Assembly: GCA_964445385.1 (NCBI GenBank)
Contig: CAYULE010000002.1
Span: 1 to 41,721 of the forward strand
Origin: an uncultured Smithella sp.
Lineage (GTDB): Bacteria > Desulfobacterota > Syntrophia > Syntrophales > Smithellaceae
Direction: 5' to 3'
DNA: 41,721 nt
In this document: positions 1 to 9,566 of the stretch, piece by piece
Layout: each line of letters starts with the position of its first letter
Numbering within the stretch: the first letter of the stretch is position 1
The notes under the pieces: generated by a model
What the model saw: only the letters and a program-made list of their open reading frames with translations
What the model was told of the DNA's origin: nothing
Database searches by the model: none
Translations under genes and position numbers: made by a program

Positions 1-314
1 GGTGACCTGCCTGGCGGGCGTCGGAGCCTCGCTGGCGCGCGGGCGCGTACATAAGACGTGATTTTCCCGACACAAAGCGTATTTGTAACTTCCTGCCACA
101 CAAAGACTACTTATCAGAATGTACAGGATTGCAAATGGTATTCAATAATAACTGAAAGCAATCCATCAAAGGCTTCATTCCACATTTCTTCTGACCGATC
201 ATAATATTGCCCTTAAAGTTTGGCGTTATTAATGCCGATTTTCATTAATGGTGTTACCGAGTAAATTAACTCGAATCTTTTGTATCACCATCGTTTTGTG
301 AAAAGGAGAACATT

Positions 315-1388
315 ATGGAACTGCTGATTGAAGTCATTATCAAATTGGTCACGTATACCGTTGCGGCAGCAATTATTGCCGGCATTATCAGATATTTCTT
401 TGGGAAAACGCTGATCCTTAAATTATATCTAATGCTTGTCCCAGGTATCATCATGGTTATCCTGGCGGGTTACATTGCCGGCCGGATGGTAGGAACCGAC
501 GCCGTATGGCCAAAGTTTATGGTCCTTTTCGGAATGCTGATTATGGTCGCCAATTTCGTTATCGTAGGGAAAAGATTGATCGGACAAATTCAGCAGATCG
601 CCAACGAGATCAATGAATCGACCGGTGAAATAAATGCTGCATCAACCCTTGTGTCCAAAGCCACTGAGTCCCTGGCCGAAGGTGCGTCCTCCCAGGCGTC
701 GGCCATCGAGGAGACGTCATCATCCCTGGAAGAAATGTCGGCCATGACAAAGGGAAATGCCAACAATGCGAGCCAAGCCGACGGTCTCATGAAAAAGACC
801 AATCAAGTCATCCAGAAGGCTAACACATCCATGAATGAACTGACGCAGTCGATGCAAGACATATCCGCAGCCAGTCTGGAAACATCCAAGATCATCAAGA
901 CCATCGATGAGATTGCCTTCCAGACCAACCTGCTGGCCTTGAATGCTGCCGTGGAAGCGGCACGGGCAGGAGAGGCTGGCGCCGGTTTTGCCGTGGTCGC
1001 AGACGAGGTTCGGAATCTCGCGATGCGGTCAGCCGAGGCAGCGAAAAACACTTCAAGCCTTATTGAAGGTACCGTGAAAAAGATAAAGGATGGTTCTGAT
1101 CTGGTAGGCAAGACAAGTGAAGCATTTGCCGAAGTGGCTGTTAGCACATCCAAGGTAGGCGAACTGGTCAGTGAGATTTCTGCGGCGTCTCAGGAACAGG
1201 CCCAGGGGATCAGTCAGATTAATAAGGCGGTTGTCGATCTCGACAGGGTCACCCAGGAGAATGCATCGACGGCTGAAGAATCCGCAAGCGCCGCTGAGGA
1301 GTTGAATGCTCAGTCGACGCAAATGAAGGGGATTGTCAGACGACTGGTGGTTATCATCCAGGGGCAAGCAGATGAGGCGAAGGCATAA
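315..1388 (+). CDS. Methyl-accepting chemotaxis protein, short form (three N-terminal TM helices, no periplasmic sensor domain, no obvious HAMP)
   Basis: 357-aa ORF. GGAG lies 6 nt upstream of the ATG. Contains the MCP signalling hairpin core [37 protein letters not shown], flanked by Ala/Ser/Glu/Gln-rich heptad arms. Confidence 0.85.
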   Translation: MELLIEVIIKLVTYTVAAAIIAGIIRYFFGKTLILKLYLMLVPGIIMVILAGYIAGRMVGTDAVWPKFMVLFGMLIMVANFVIVGKRLIGQIQQIANEINESTGEINAASTLVSKATESLAEGASSQASAIEETSSSLEEMSAMTKGNANNASQADGLMKKTNQVIQKANTSMNELTQSMQDISAASLETSKIIKTIDEIAFQTNLLALNAAVEAARAGEAGAGFAVVADEVRNLAMRSAEAAKNTSSLIEGTVKKIKDGSDLVGKTSEAFAEVAVSTSKVGELVSEISAASQEQAQGISQINKAVVDLDRVTQENASTAEESASAAEELNAQSTQMKGIVRRLVVIIQGQADEAKA

Positions 1389-1410
1389 TTCTTTCACTGA
1401 GGAGAAAATC

Positions 1411-2256
1411 GTGTGTCGAGTGACTTGCATGGTGTTAAGTTTTCTTTATCTTGTTGCTATAAACTTGCTATACGTTACGTGTCCGCCTGATATCCTTGCC
1501 GCAGAAACGATTCGTATTAACGGATCGGGAACCTGCCTGGAAATGATTAAACCCCTCATGGAAGCCTACGGCAAAAACAACCGGAATATATCATTCCGAA
1601 TGGAAAAGCCGTTGGGAAGCTCGGGAGCGATCAAGGCCCTTCTTGCAGGCGCAATTGATATTGCGATAGTCAGTCGTCCTTTAAAACCTGAAGAGATAGC
1701 ACAGGGGGGAAGACTCAGAGATTATGGTAAAACCCCGCTGGCCATAGTCGTGGAAAAGAAAGTTCCGCTGAAAACCGTTTCAACCAAAGAGCTGGAGGAT
1801 ATTTACTCCGGTAAAACAAAGAGGTGGCGGGACGGGGAGACCATCAGGGTCATCTTGCGCCCGAATGAGGATGCCGACACTAAAATCCTAAAGACGCTTT
1901 CACCGGGAATGACGGAGGCCGTCACTAAAGCACAAAGTCGACACGGGATGATGATCGCTGTAACCGATCCCGAATCTAACGAGGCGGTATCAAGAACGAT
2001 GGGAGGTATCGGCGCATCAGGGTTAAGCGGTGTTGCTGTCGGCAAATTGCCATTGAAGGTTATCGCTCTCAACGGCGTCAAACCCACCAGGGAAAACCTG
2101 GCCAATGGGACGTATCCTCTTTCCAAAGACGTAAGCTTTGTTACGACAGACAAACTTCCTGATGCCGCCGCAAAGTTTATGGATTTCATCTACTCGAACA
2201 AGGGGCAATCCATCGCTAAGAAAGCAGGGGTTTGGATTACGGTGGATCATAAATGA
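1411..2256 (+). CDS. Periplasmic PstS/PBP_like_2-family substrate-binding protein
   Basis: The frame is open from 1333, but GGAG at 1401-1404 precedes an in-frame GTG at 1411 (ATG 1429 is an alternative start). Hydrophobic signal-like N-terminus. Motifs IRINGSGT, GSSGAIKALLAGAIDIAIVSRPLKPEE and IYSGKTKRW. The stop overlaps the next start (ATGA at 2253-2256). Confidence 0.7.
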   Translation: MCRVTCMVLSFLYLVAINLLYVTCPPDILAAETIRINGSGTCLEMIKPLMEAYGKNNRNISFRMEKPLGSSGAIKALLAGAIDIAIVSRPLKPEEIAQGGRLRDYGKTPLAIVVEKKVPLKTVSTKELEDIYSGKTKRWRDGETIRVILRPNEDADTKILKTLSPGMTEAVTKAQSRHGMMIAVTDPESNEAVSRTMGGIGASGLSGVAVGKLPLKVIALNGVKPTRENLANGTYPLSKDVSFVTTDKLPDAAAKFMDFIYSNKGQSIAKKAGVWITVDHK

Positions 2257-5060
2257 AATCAAATGCACGCTCTATAACGAATGTTTCATCCATCCTAGCG
2301 GCTATCATCGGTCTGATTATCTCTATTTCCATTCCGGCAGCCTATTTCATTATTACCTATCAATACATGCTGGGGGCTATCAATACCGAGATGGCATTCA
2401 CTGCGCGTTCCGTTGAAGGATTGATTAACAATAATCCTAAATCCTGGCAGTTCGAGGAAATCCGCCTTCAGGAAATACTTGAGCGAGACGTTGACGGTGC
2501 TATCCGTGACAATCGGATTATAAGAGATCTTCAGGGACGCGTCATCGCACAGGAAAGAGAATCTCCGGCGCGTCCGGTGTTGACATTCAGCAAATCAATT
2601 TATGATTCAGGGATAGAGGTGGCGCACATTGAGATTCAACACTCAGTAGCACCGATTGTTATTCGGACCGCTTTCGCTAGTGCGGGTTCCGTTCTATTCG
2701 GTATTGTGATCGTCCTTCTCTTTCGCTTTTTCCCGTTGCGAGCAGTCAGGGAAGCCTATGATCATCTCCAGGAAAGCGAAAAAAAATATCGGCTCATCAC
2801 CGAAAAAATGTCCGACATCGTCTGGATAGCGGACATGAATTTGCGGGTAACCTATCTCACCCCTTCCGTGCAGACCGTGCTTGGATTCACTCAGGAAGAA
2901 CGAATACAGAAGACCGTTAATGAACAATTTACCCCTGATTCATTATCTTACGGACTGGAGGTCATGGCCAGGCAACTTGTCCTCGAAGAACAGGGGAATG
3001 GAGATCCCAACAGGACAGTGACCCTTCTGTTGGAGCATTATCATAAAGATGGTTCAACCCGTTTGATGGAGACGATCATCGGCGGGCTGCGCAATGATCA
3101 GGGTGTTTTAACCGGGCTTCATGGTGTGTCCAGAGATGTCACCGAGCGCGTCAGAACGGAGAAGCAACTGCGGGAAAGCGAAGAGCAATACAGGCGGATC
3201 ACGGAGAATATGAGCGATCTGGTAAGTGAAGTAGATGCTGAGAGTCTTTTCAAGTATGTAAGCCCTTCACACCTGAGAATTGCAGGATATGTTCCCGAAG
3301 AGCTTCTTGGCCGGTTTGCCTATGAAAACATTCATCCCGAAGATCTGGAGAGACTTATGATCGAGGACGGTCCAGGCGGCGTTCGCAGTGGCGAAGTTCG
3401 TGAGGTGGAGTACCGTTACCGTCATAAAAACGGGCACTATATCTGGCTTCGTTCCATCGGCCGTTCATTGCGCAGTCCTGAAGGAAATCATATCGGCGCG
3501 GTTATCAACAGCAGTGACATCACTGAACGCAAGCAGGCGGAGGCATTGCTGCGGGCCAGTGAAGATCACTATCGAACAATCTTCGAAAGTACGGCCACAG
3601 CCAATGTCATTATCGCTGAAGACACAACCATAATCATGGTAAATAACGACTTCATCACTTGGAGCGGCTATGCCAAGCTGGAACTGGAAGGAAAAATGAG
3701 CTGGACAACTTTCATCCATCCGGATGATCTGGAAAAGGTGAAAAGTCATGATACCATGCGCACGCTCCACCCTGAATCCGTACCCGCCTCCTACGAATTC
3801 CGTGCTGTAAACCGGAAAGGTGAAGTCAAGAATCTTTACATTAGCGTTGCTATCATTCCGGGAACAAAAGAGAGGATTGTCTCTGTTACCGATTTAACTG
3901 AAAAAAAGCAGCTGGAAACGCAGCTCATCCAGTCCCAAAAAATGGAATCCGTGGGCCGCCTGGCCGGCGGTGTGGCTCACGACTTTAACAACATGCTCAG
4001 CGTGATCGTCGGCCATGCGGAAATGGCCATGCGGAAAATTGAGGGCTCTGGCCCCATTTACAAGTCACTCCAGGAGATTCTGAATGCGGGCATGCGGTCT
4101 ACGGATCTGACCCGCCAGCTGCTGGCATTTGCCAGAAAGCAAACCATCAACCCCAAGGTGCTCGACCTGAACGACACAGTGACCGGCATGCTCAAGATGC
4201 TCCAGAGGCTTATTGGCGAGGACATCAAACTGACCTGGAATCCGGTTACAAAACCCTGGCGCGTCAGAATCGACCCGTCCCAGATCGATCAGATTCTGGC
4301 CAACCTGGCGGTGAATGCCCGTGATGCCATCGAAAAAACAGGAAGGATCACGATCGAAACTTCCAATGTGGCATGCGATGAAGTATACTGCAAAGACCGA
4401 CCGGAGTGGATTCCCGGCGACTTCGTTTTACTGTCCGTAAGCGACAGCGGTTGCGGCATGGAAAAGGAGCTCCTGGCCAACATCTTTGAGCCGTTCTTCA
4501 CCACCAAGAAAGAAGGACAGGGAACGGGTCTCGGTCTGGCTACCGTGTATGGGATCGTAAAACAAAATGGTGGGTTTATTACTGTTTACAGCGAACCGCG
4601 ACAGGGAACAACGTTCAAGATCTATCTGCCCCGCTACATGGACGAAGGCGCGGAAATCGGGGATGATAAACCGGATTTGGAAGTGCAGGGCGGAACGGAG
4701 ACCATTCTGGTTGTGGAAGATTCGGAGACGGTTTTGAATTTATGCAAAGCCATGCTTGAAACGTTGGGCTATCAGGTGCTGACAGCCAGTGGGAAAGATC
4801 AGGCACTCCAACGGGTCAGTGAATATTATGAAAACATCGACCTGTTGCTCACGGATGTCGTTATGCCGGACATGAACGGAAAGGAGCTATTGGAACGGAT
4901 CATGGCCATCAAACCGGATCTGAAATGCCTGTATATGTCCGGCTATACGGCAGATGTGATTGCCCGCCAGGGGGTTCTGGATGAAGGCATAAATTTCATT
5001 TCTAAACCGTTTTCTTTAAAAGATCTGGCGACCAAGGTTAGAGAAGCGATTGGTTCGTAA
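2253..5060 (+). CDS. Hybrid sensor histidine kinase (2 TM, three PAS domains, HisKA/HATPase, C-terminal receiver)
   Basis: 935-aa ORF. H-box GGVAHDFNNMLSVI, N box NLAVNARDA, G boxes DSGCGM and GTGLGLATVYGIV. Receiver domain ILVVEDSE...LLLTDVVMPDMNG. Repeated PAS linkers of the type E(K/E/D)xYR(L/R/T)I. Confidence 0.9.
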   Translation: MKSNARSITNVSSILAAIIGLIISISIPAAYFIITYQYMLGAINTEMAFTARSVEGLINNNPKSWQFEEIRLQEILERDVDGAIRDNRIIRDLQGRVIAQERESPARPVLTFSKSIYDSGIEVAHIEIQHSVAPIVIRTAFASAGSVLFGIVIVLLFRFFPLRAVREAYDHLQESEKKYRLITEKMSDIVWIADMNLRVTYLTPSVQTVLGFTQEERIQKTVNEQFTPDSLSYGLEVMARQLVLEEQGNGDPNRTVTLLLEHYHKDGSTRLMETIIGGLRNDQGVLTGLHGVSRDVTERVRTEKQLRESEEQYRRITENMSDLVSEVDAESLFKYVSPSHLRIAGYVPEELLGRFAYENIHPEDLERLMIEDGPGGVRSGEVREVEYRYRHKNGHYIWLRSIGRSLRSPEGNHIGAVINSSDITERKQAEALLRASEDHYRTIFESTATANVIIAEDTTIIMVNNDFITWSGYAKLELEGKMSWTTFIHPDDLEKVKSHDTMRTLHPESVPASYEFRAVNRKGEVKNLYISVAIIPGTKERIVSVTDLTEKKQLETQLIQSQKMESVGRLAGGVAHDFNNMLSVIVGHAEMAMRKIEGSGPIYKSLQEILNAGMRSTDLTRQLLAFARKQTINPKVLDLNDTVTGMLKMLQRLIGEDIKLTWNPVTKPWRVRIDPSQIDQILANLAVNARDAIEKTGRITIETSNVACDEVYCKDRPEWIPGDFVLLSVSDSGCGMEKELLANIFEPFFTTKKEGQGTGLGLATVYGIVKQNGGFITVYSEPRQGTTFKIYLPRYMDEGAEIGDDKPDLEVQGGTETILVVEDSETVLNLCKAMLETLGYQVLTASGKDQALQRVSEYYENIDLLLTDVVMPDMNGKELLERIMAIKPDLKCLYMSGYTADVIARQGVLDEGINFISKPFSLKDLATKVREAIGS

Positions 5061-5230
5061 AAATCGTTCAAGAACAAATATATTGGGATCATCAATAATT
5101 CTATCGGGGTTCACAAGTGATCGGTGGCACTAGGGCGTGCGCAAAAAAAATAATTTGCAGGGACAAATAATTATCGTGTAACCTTTCACGGCAATGGTAT
5201 CAGGTTATTTGCCCTTCAGGGTAATTCCGG

Positions 5231-5989
5231 ATGAAAAACCTTTTTATCAGCTTTATCATCGGTTTGGCCGCAGGAAGTTTTGGCGGTCTTATCGGCCTGG
5301 GCGGCGGTCTGATCATGATCCCTTTGATGATCAGCGTGTTAAAGCTCAGCCAGCATCAGGCGCATGGGACCAGTCTGGTTGCGTTGATCTTTACCGGAAT
5401 CAGCGGCGCTTTCATCTATGGCCTGCAAGGTAATATTAATCTTTTGGCGGCGGCAACGCTGAGCTTGACGGCTATCCTGACCGCCAGAGCGGGAGCGCAT
5501 TTTGCCAACACCCTTCCGGGCTGGAAATTAAGAAGGGCCTTTGGCGTATTTTTAATTTTTTGCGCAGCACTGCTGGTGATCAAACCCTATCTACCTGTTT
5601 CTTATGGTCAGCATCCGGTTTATGTGAATGTGATCATTTTTCTCATCGCCGGGGTCATCACGGGTTTTCTTTCCGGTATGATGGGTGTCGGCGGTGGAAC
5701 GATCATGGTTCCCGCGATGGTTTTGCTCGCCGGATTCGGTCAGCATATGGCGCAGGGAACATCCCTCATGGTAATGGTCCCGGTAGGCATAGCCGGCGCT
5801 CTGGCCCATCATCAACTGGGAAATGTAGCCAGGGACTATCTTCCCGGGTTAATCCCGGGCATCATTCTGGGGGTATTCCTGGGCGGCGGCATCGCCAACT
5901 TTATTCCGGATACACCGCTTCGCCTGGCCTTCATTGCGGCCATCGTTATGATGGGCGTGCGATATGTCCGGGCAGCAGCGCCTGAATGA
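5231..5989 (+). CDS. TauE/SafE (DUF81) family anion/sulfite-type exporter membrane protein
   Basis: 252 aa, very hydrophobic, about 8 TM helices. Internally duplicated motif GLGGGLIMIPLM / GVGGGTIMVPAM. Confidence 0.8.
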   Translation: MKNLFISFIIGLAAGSFGGLIGLGGGLIMIPLMISVLKLSQHQAHGTSLVALIFTGISGAFIYGLQGNINLLAAATLSLTAILTARAGAHFANTLPGWKLRRAFGVFLIFCAALLVIKPYLPVSYGQHPVYVNVIIFLIAGVITGFLSGMMGVGGGTIMVPAMVLLAGFGQHMAQGTSLMVMVPVGIAGALAHHQLGNVARDYLPGLIPGIILGVFLGGGIANFIPDTPLRLAFIAAIVMMGVRYVRAAAPE

Positions 5990-6060
5990 TTTTTGAAAAA
6001 CGGTTTCAAAAATGATACTGGAGTAGTGGCGAATAATCCGTTGGGTTTGGAGAGTGTCAC

Positions 6061-7323
6061 ATGGATCATCAACAAAACTTGCAAGACAGAATCGATTTTC
6101 TGGAGGCGGAAGTCCAAAGGCTGACTCATCACAATGAGGCCCTGATAGAAAGCCAGGGCATTCAGAATACCATTTTTGAAAAGTCGCTGGTTGGCTATTA
6201 TATTTTGGCGGAGGGAAAATTCCACACGATCAATCCTGTGGTTGTTTATTATACAGGCTATCTTCCGGAAGAACTGGTTGGAAGCAGGGCAGATTTCCTG
6301 GTTCATCCCGATGATAAAGCTGCAGTGAAAAAAAATTCACTCGCCATGCGGCAAGGCTCTCTATTCTTGCCCTATGAGTATAGAGTCATTACAAAGCAGG
6401 AAAAAATCCGTTGGGTCCTGGAGGTTGTCGCACCCATTATTTTTCAGGGAAAACCGGCTATCCTTGGAAGCGCGATGGACATTACCCAACGGAAGGTCCT
6501 GGAAAAGAAACTAATGGAATCGGAAAATCTCTATCGAACTATATTTGAGACAACGGGCGCAGGTACCACAATTATCGAGGAAGACAAGACGCTCTCTCTG
6601 ATCAACGCAGAATTTGAAGATCTGACCGGTTATCGCAGGGAGGAGTGGGAAGGAAAGAGGAAGTTCGTGGATCTGATCGATGAAAGAGATCGCGGCCGGC
6701 TGGAGGAATATCACAAGACAAGGCGGATCAATCCCGCGGCGGCACCCAGATCCTATGAATTCCGTCTGATCGACAAGCAGGGAAAAATCAAGAATATGCT
6801 CAGCACCACCAATCTCATCCCCGGTACAAAAAAACAAGTAACCTCAACGGTGGATATCACGGTGATCAAGGAAAAAGAAGAGGAACTGCTCGACAAATCC
6901 CGTAATCTGGAGGACATGAACGCGGCCTTGCGGGTCATGCTCAAACAGCGGGCCGAGGATCGGGCAGAGTTGGAGCAGACCCTTCTGGCCAACATGAAAG
7001 AGCTGGTCCTCCCCTACCTGGAGAAGTTACGCAAAGAAGGGACTGAACAGAACCGTAAAGTCTATCTTGATCTAATCGGGTCCAACCTTGAAGAAATCCT
7101 TTCCCCTTTTTCCCGAAAACTTTCGGCTCGATTCAAAAGCCTTACCCATACCGAGGTTCAGGTAGCACAGCTGATCAAAGATGGTAAAAACAGCAAAGAG
7201 ATCGCCAGTATTGTCGGTGTTTCGAGCAGTGCTGTCGACGTTTACCGGTATCGGATGCGCAGAAAACTCGGCTTGAACAATCAGAAGATTAATCTTCGAT
7301 CCTATCTTTTAAGTTTGCCTTAA
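6061..7323 (+). CDS. PAS-PAS-LuxR(GerE) one-component transcriptional regulator
   Basis: 420 aa. N-terminal coiled coil, then two PAS domains (the second begins SENLYRTIFETT). C-terminal LuxR-type HTH: LTHTEVQVAQLIKDGKNSKEIASIVGVSSSAVDVYRYRMRRKLGL. No receiver domain. Confidence 0.8.
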   Translation: MDHQQNLQDRIDFLEAEVQRLTHHNEALIESQGIQNTIFEKSLVGYYILAEGKFHTINPVVVYYTGYLPEELVGSRADFLVHPDDKAAVKKNSLAMRQGSLFLPYEYRVITKQEKIRWVLEVVAPIIFQGKPAILGSAMDITQRKVLEKKLMESENLYRTIFETTGAGTTIIEEDKTLSLINAEFEDLTGYRREEWEGKRKFVDLIDERDRGRLEEYHKTRRINPAAAPRSYEFRLIDKQGKIKNMLSTTNLIPGTKKQVTSTVDITVIKEKEEELLDKSRNLEDMNAALRVMLKQRAEDRAELEQTLLANMKELVLPYLEKLRKEGTEQNRKVYLDLIGSNLEEILSPFSRKLSARFKSLTHTEVQVAQLIKDGKNSKEIASIVGVSSSAVDVYRYRMRRKLGLNNQKINLRSYLLSLP

Positions 7324-7382
7324 CCATATCCATACAAATTATGTATAGATATAGTATGGATTATTTCATATTGACATTCAAA

Positions 7383-7422
7383 GTTCATTATCATAGGGTC
7401 AATCATTAATTAGTTAATGAAC
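7383..7422. promoter_or_regulatory. Cluster of three TCATTA/TAATGA half-sites (candidate regulator-binding site upstream of the ABC operon)
   Basis: GTTCATTA at 7383-7390, TCATTAA at 7403-7409, inverted TTAATGAAC at 7414-7422. The inner pair forms the inverted repeat TCATTAA-TTAG-TTAATGA. Lies about 190 nt upstream of the ATG at 7611. Confidence 0.25.
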
Positions 7423-7610
7423 TAATTTCCCGGTCAACATGTGAAATTTTTGAATTTACTGATTATTTTAGAATAAACCAAAATAATTGCAACGACGAGG
7501 TGATGCGTTACGCCACGTAAATGTGGTTTTTTTATGACAAATGAATAGAAACAGAAGCAGATGCAGATATAATTAACTTATCATTCGCAATAGTATGGTG
7601 ACTTGATCTT

Positions 7611-8666
7611 ATGGATATGAAGCGCGAGTACTATGAAGACATCCAGTTATTTGAAAGCAATGTTGTTCTATTCTGGTCCGTTGCCTTTCTGCTTTTTATT
7701 TTCACTTTACCCTTATACGTTCCCGACTATCATTTTTATCTGCTGAACCTTGTACTCATTTATGTCATTATGGCCGTGGGACTCAACATCCTGGTCGGCT
7801 ATACCGGACAGATATCGCTTGGACATGCGGGCTTCTTCGCCATCGGCGCCTATGGGACGGCGCTGCTCATGCTGAAGTTGAACATGCCGTTTTTTCTGGC
7901 GCTGCCACTGGCCGGTTTCATTGCCGCTTTTTTCGGTTTCATTCTCGGTTTGCCTGCTCTCCGTCTGGAGGGTCCCTACTTGTCGATCGCAACCCTCGGG
8001 TTCGGGTTGACCATCATGCAGATCATTGGCCACTGGGATTTCTTTGGCGGACGCACCGGCATTCAGGTTCCACCCCTCGATATCGGGTTCGGCTTCATCC
8101 TGAAAAGCGACGTCAGCAAGTATTACCTGATCCTGATGATCACGATTGTGCTGGTTATTGCCGCACGCAATATCATGAAAACCCGTGTCGGCCGCGCCTT
8201 TGTTGCTGTGCGGGACAGCGATATCGCCGCGGAAGTGATCGGTGTGAACCTGACCGCCTATAAGACTCTTTCTTTTGCCGTCAGCGCCTTCTATGCCGGT
8301 ATTGCCGGTGGCCTCTTCGGGTTTGTTCTCGGTTATTTCAACCCTGAGCCGTTCAACCTCTTTCTGTCTATTCTCTTTCTTGTCATGATCGTTGTCGGGG
8401 GCTTAGGCTCTATCCTGGGCGCCATCCTCGGCGCCAGTCTCATCACGATTCTCCAGTTCAGTCTGCTGAAAAACATCAAAGAAATGCCCTATGTCGGAGA
8501 CTTTCTGGTGGGCGTCTCGAACCGCTGGTTTACCGTCGTGGGCCTGGAAAATTTCGGCAGCATTGTTCTTGGCTTGATCATGATCGGTATTGTCATCTTC
8601 GAACCGCTGGGGATGTATGGCGTCTGGCTCCGGATTAAAAAATACTGGCGGACGTGGCCGTTTTAA
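7611..8666 (+). CDS. livM: HAAT-family (branched-chain amino acid type) ABC transporter permease, LivM-like
   Basis: 351 aa, polytopic. Signature region VIMAVGLNILVGYTGQISLGHAGFFAIGAYGTALL. The actual substrate is not inferable from sequence. Confidence 0.85.
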   Translation: MDMKREYYEDIQLFESNVVLFWSVAFLLFIFTLPLYVPDYHFYLLNLVLIYVIMAVGLNILVGYTGQISLGHAGFFAIGAYGTALLMLKLNMPFFLALPLAGFIAAFFGFILGLPALRLEGPYLSIATLGFGLTIMQIIGHWDFFGGRTGIQVPPLDIGFGFILKSDVSKYYLILMITIVLVIAARNIMKTRVGRAFVAVRDSDIAAEVIGVNLTAYKTLSFAVSAFYAGIAGGLFGFVLGYFNPEPFNLFLSILFLVMIVVGGLGSILGAILGASLITILQFSLLKNIKEMPYVGDFLVGVSNRWFTVVGLENFGSIVLGLIMIGIVIFEPLGMYGVWLRIKKYWRTWPF

Positions 8667-8691
8667 TTTTTTCTCAATCTAGGGAGGTTGC

Positions 8692-9564
8692 ATGTTTGGT
8701 CAACTGATCATGGAAGGACTCGCTATTGGCATCTGCTACGCGCTGTTTGGCATTGCTGTTGTTATCATTTATAAAACATCCGAAGTCGTCAATTTTGCCC
8801 AGGGAGAGATGGCCATGCTCTCGACGTTCGTGGCGTTTCAAATCCTGACCATTTATCAGTGGCCTTTCTGGTTGGCCTTCATCATAACGATGGTTTTTGC
8901 CGCCCTGCTGGGCGTGTTTATCGAATTCGCCTTCCTCAGGCCGGCCAAAGACCCCAGCCTTCTGGGACTGATCGTCATCACCCTCGGCGCGGAAATGCTC
9001 TTGATGGGTGTCGCCGGATGGAAGTGGGGGGCGGAGCAGAAAGAATTTTCTCTCCCTTTCTCTTTTTCTAACACACACGAACTGTTTGGAGGCGTTGTTA
9101 TTAATGACTGGACGATTGCCGTCTTTATCACGGCGGCCGTTCTGATGGTTTTACTGTTCTTCTTTTTCAAGTATACTAAACTGGGTGTCGCCATGCGGGC
9201 CACGCAGCAAAACCAGCATGCCGCCAGAATCATGGGCATTCGCGTGGAGCGGGTTTTTTCTTATGCCTGGGGGTTCAGCTCTATGATTGGCGCTCTTGCA
9301 GCGATGTTCTTCGCCGCTCGTTCGACGGTCGACCCCGCGTTCATGATGGAACCATTTCTCCGGGCTTTTGCGGCGGCCGTTCTCGGCGGCTTGATGAGCA
9401 TCCCCGGCGTCGTCATTGGTGGCGCAATTCTGGGGTTGCTGGAAAACATGTTCGGCTATTTCCTGCCGGAGTGGAAGCCCATTGTTGCCTTTGTCGTGAT
9501 CATCCTTGTCCTGTGTATCCGCCCCAGCGGTCTGTTTGCCAAACATTACGTAAAGAAAGTGTAA
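8692..9564 (+). CDS. livH: HAAT-family ABC transporter permease, LivH-like
   Basis: 290 aa. The N-terminus LIMEGLAIGICYALFGIAVVIIYKTSEVVNFAQGEMAML is typical of LivH. GGAGG-type RBS (agggaggttgcATG). Confidence 0.85.
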   Translation: MFGQLIMEGLAIGICYALFGIAVVIIYKTSEVVNFAQGEMAMLSTFVAFQILTIYQWPFWLAFIITMVFAALLGVFIEFAFLRPAKDPSLLGLIVITLGAEMLLMGVAGWKWGAEQKEFSLPFSFSNTHELFGGVVINDWTIAVFITAAVLMVLLFFFFKYTKLGVAMRATQQNQHAARIMGIRVERVFSYAWGFSSMIGALAAMFFAARSTVDPAFMMEPFLRAFAAAVLGGLMSIPGVVIGGAILGLLENMFGYFLPEWKPIVAFVVIILVLCIRPSGLFAKHYVKKV

Positions 9565-9566
9565 TC

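Noticed and set aside
1-54. A GC-rich open frame ending at TAA 52-54, possibly the 3' end of an upstream plus-strand gene.
   Set aside because: Only 17 codons are visible and no motif is recognisable, so it cannot be separated from chance.
1333-1410. Longest-ORF N-terminal extensions. Examples: 1333 for the PstS-like gene, 9471 for the lipoprotein, 11225 for SBP copy 2, 13350 for livF, 33396 for the OMP and 35264 for LysE.
   Set aside because: The extensions overlap upstream genes or a terminator and lack an RBS. Internal starts have an RBS and give family-typical N-termini.
5125-5141. A TGGCAC...GTGC sequence resembling a sigma54 -24/-12 promoter upstream of the TauE gene.
   Set aside because: The GG-to-GC spacing is off by one from the consensus and the -12 element is CGTGC rather than TTGC.
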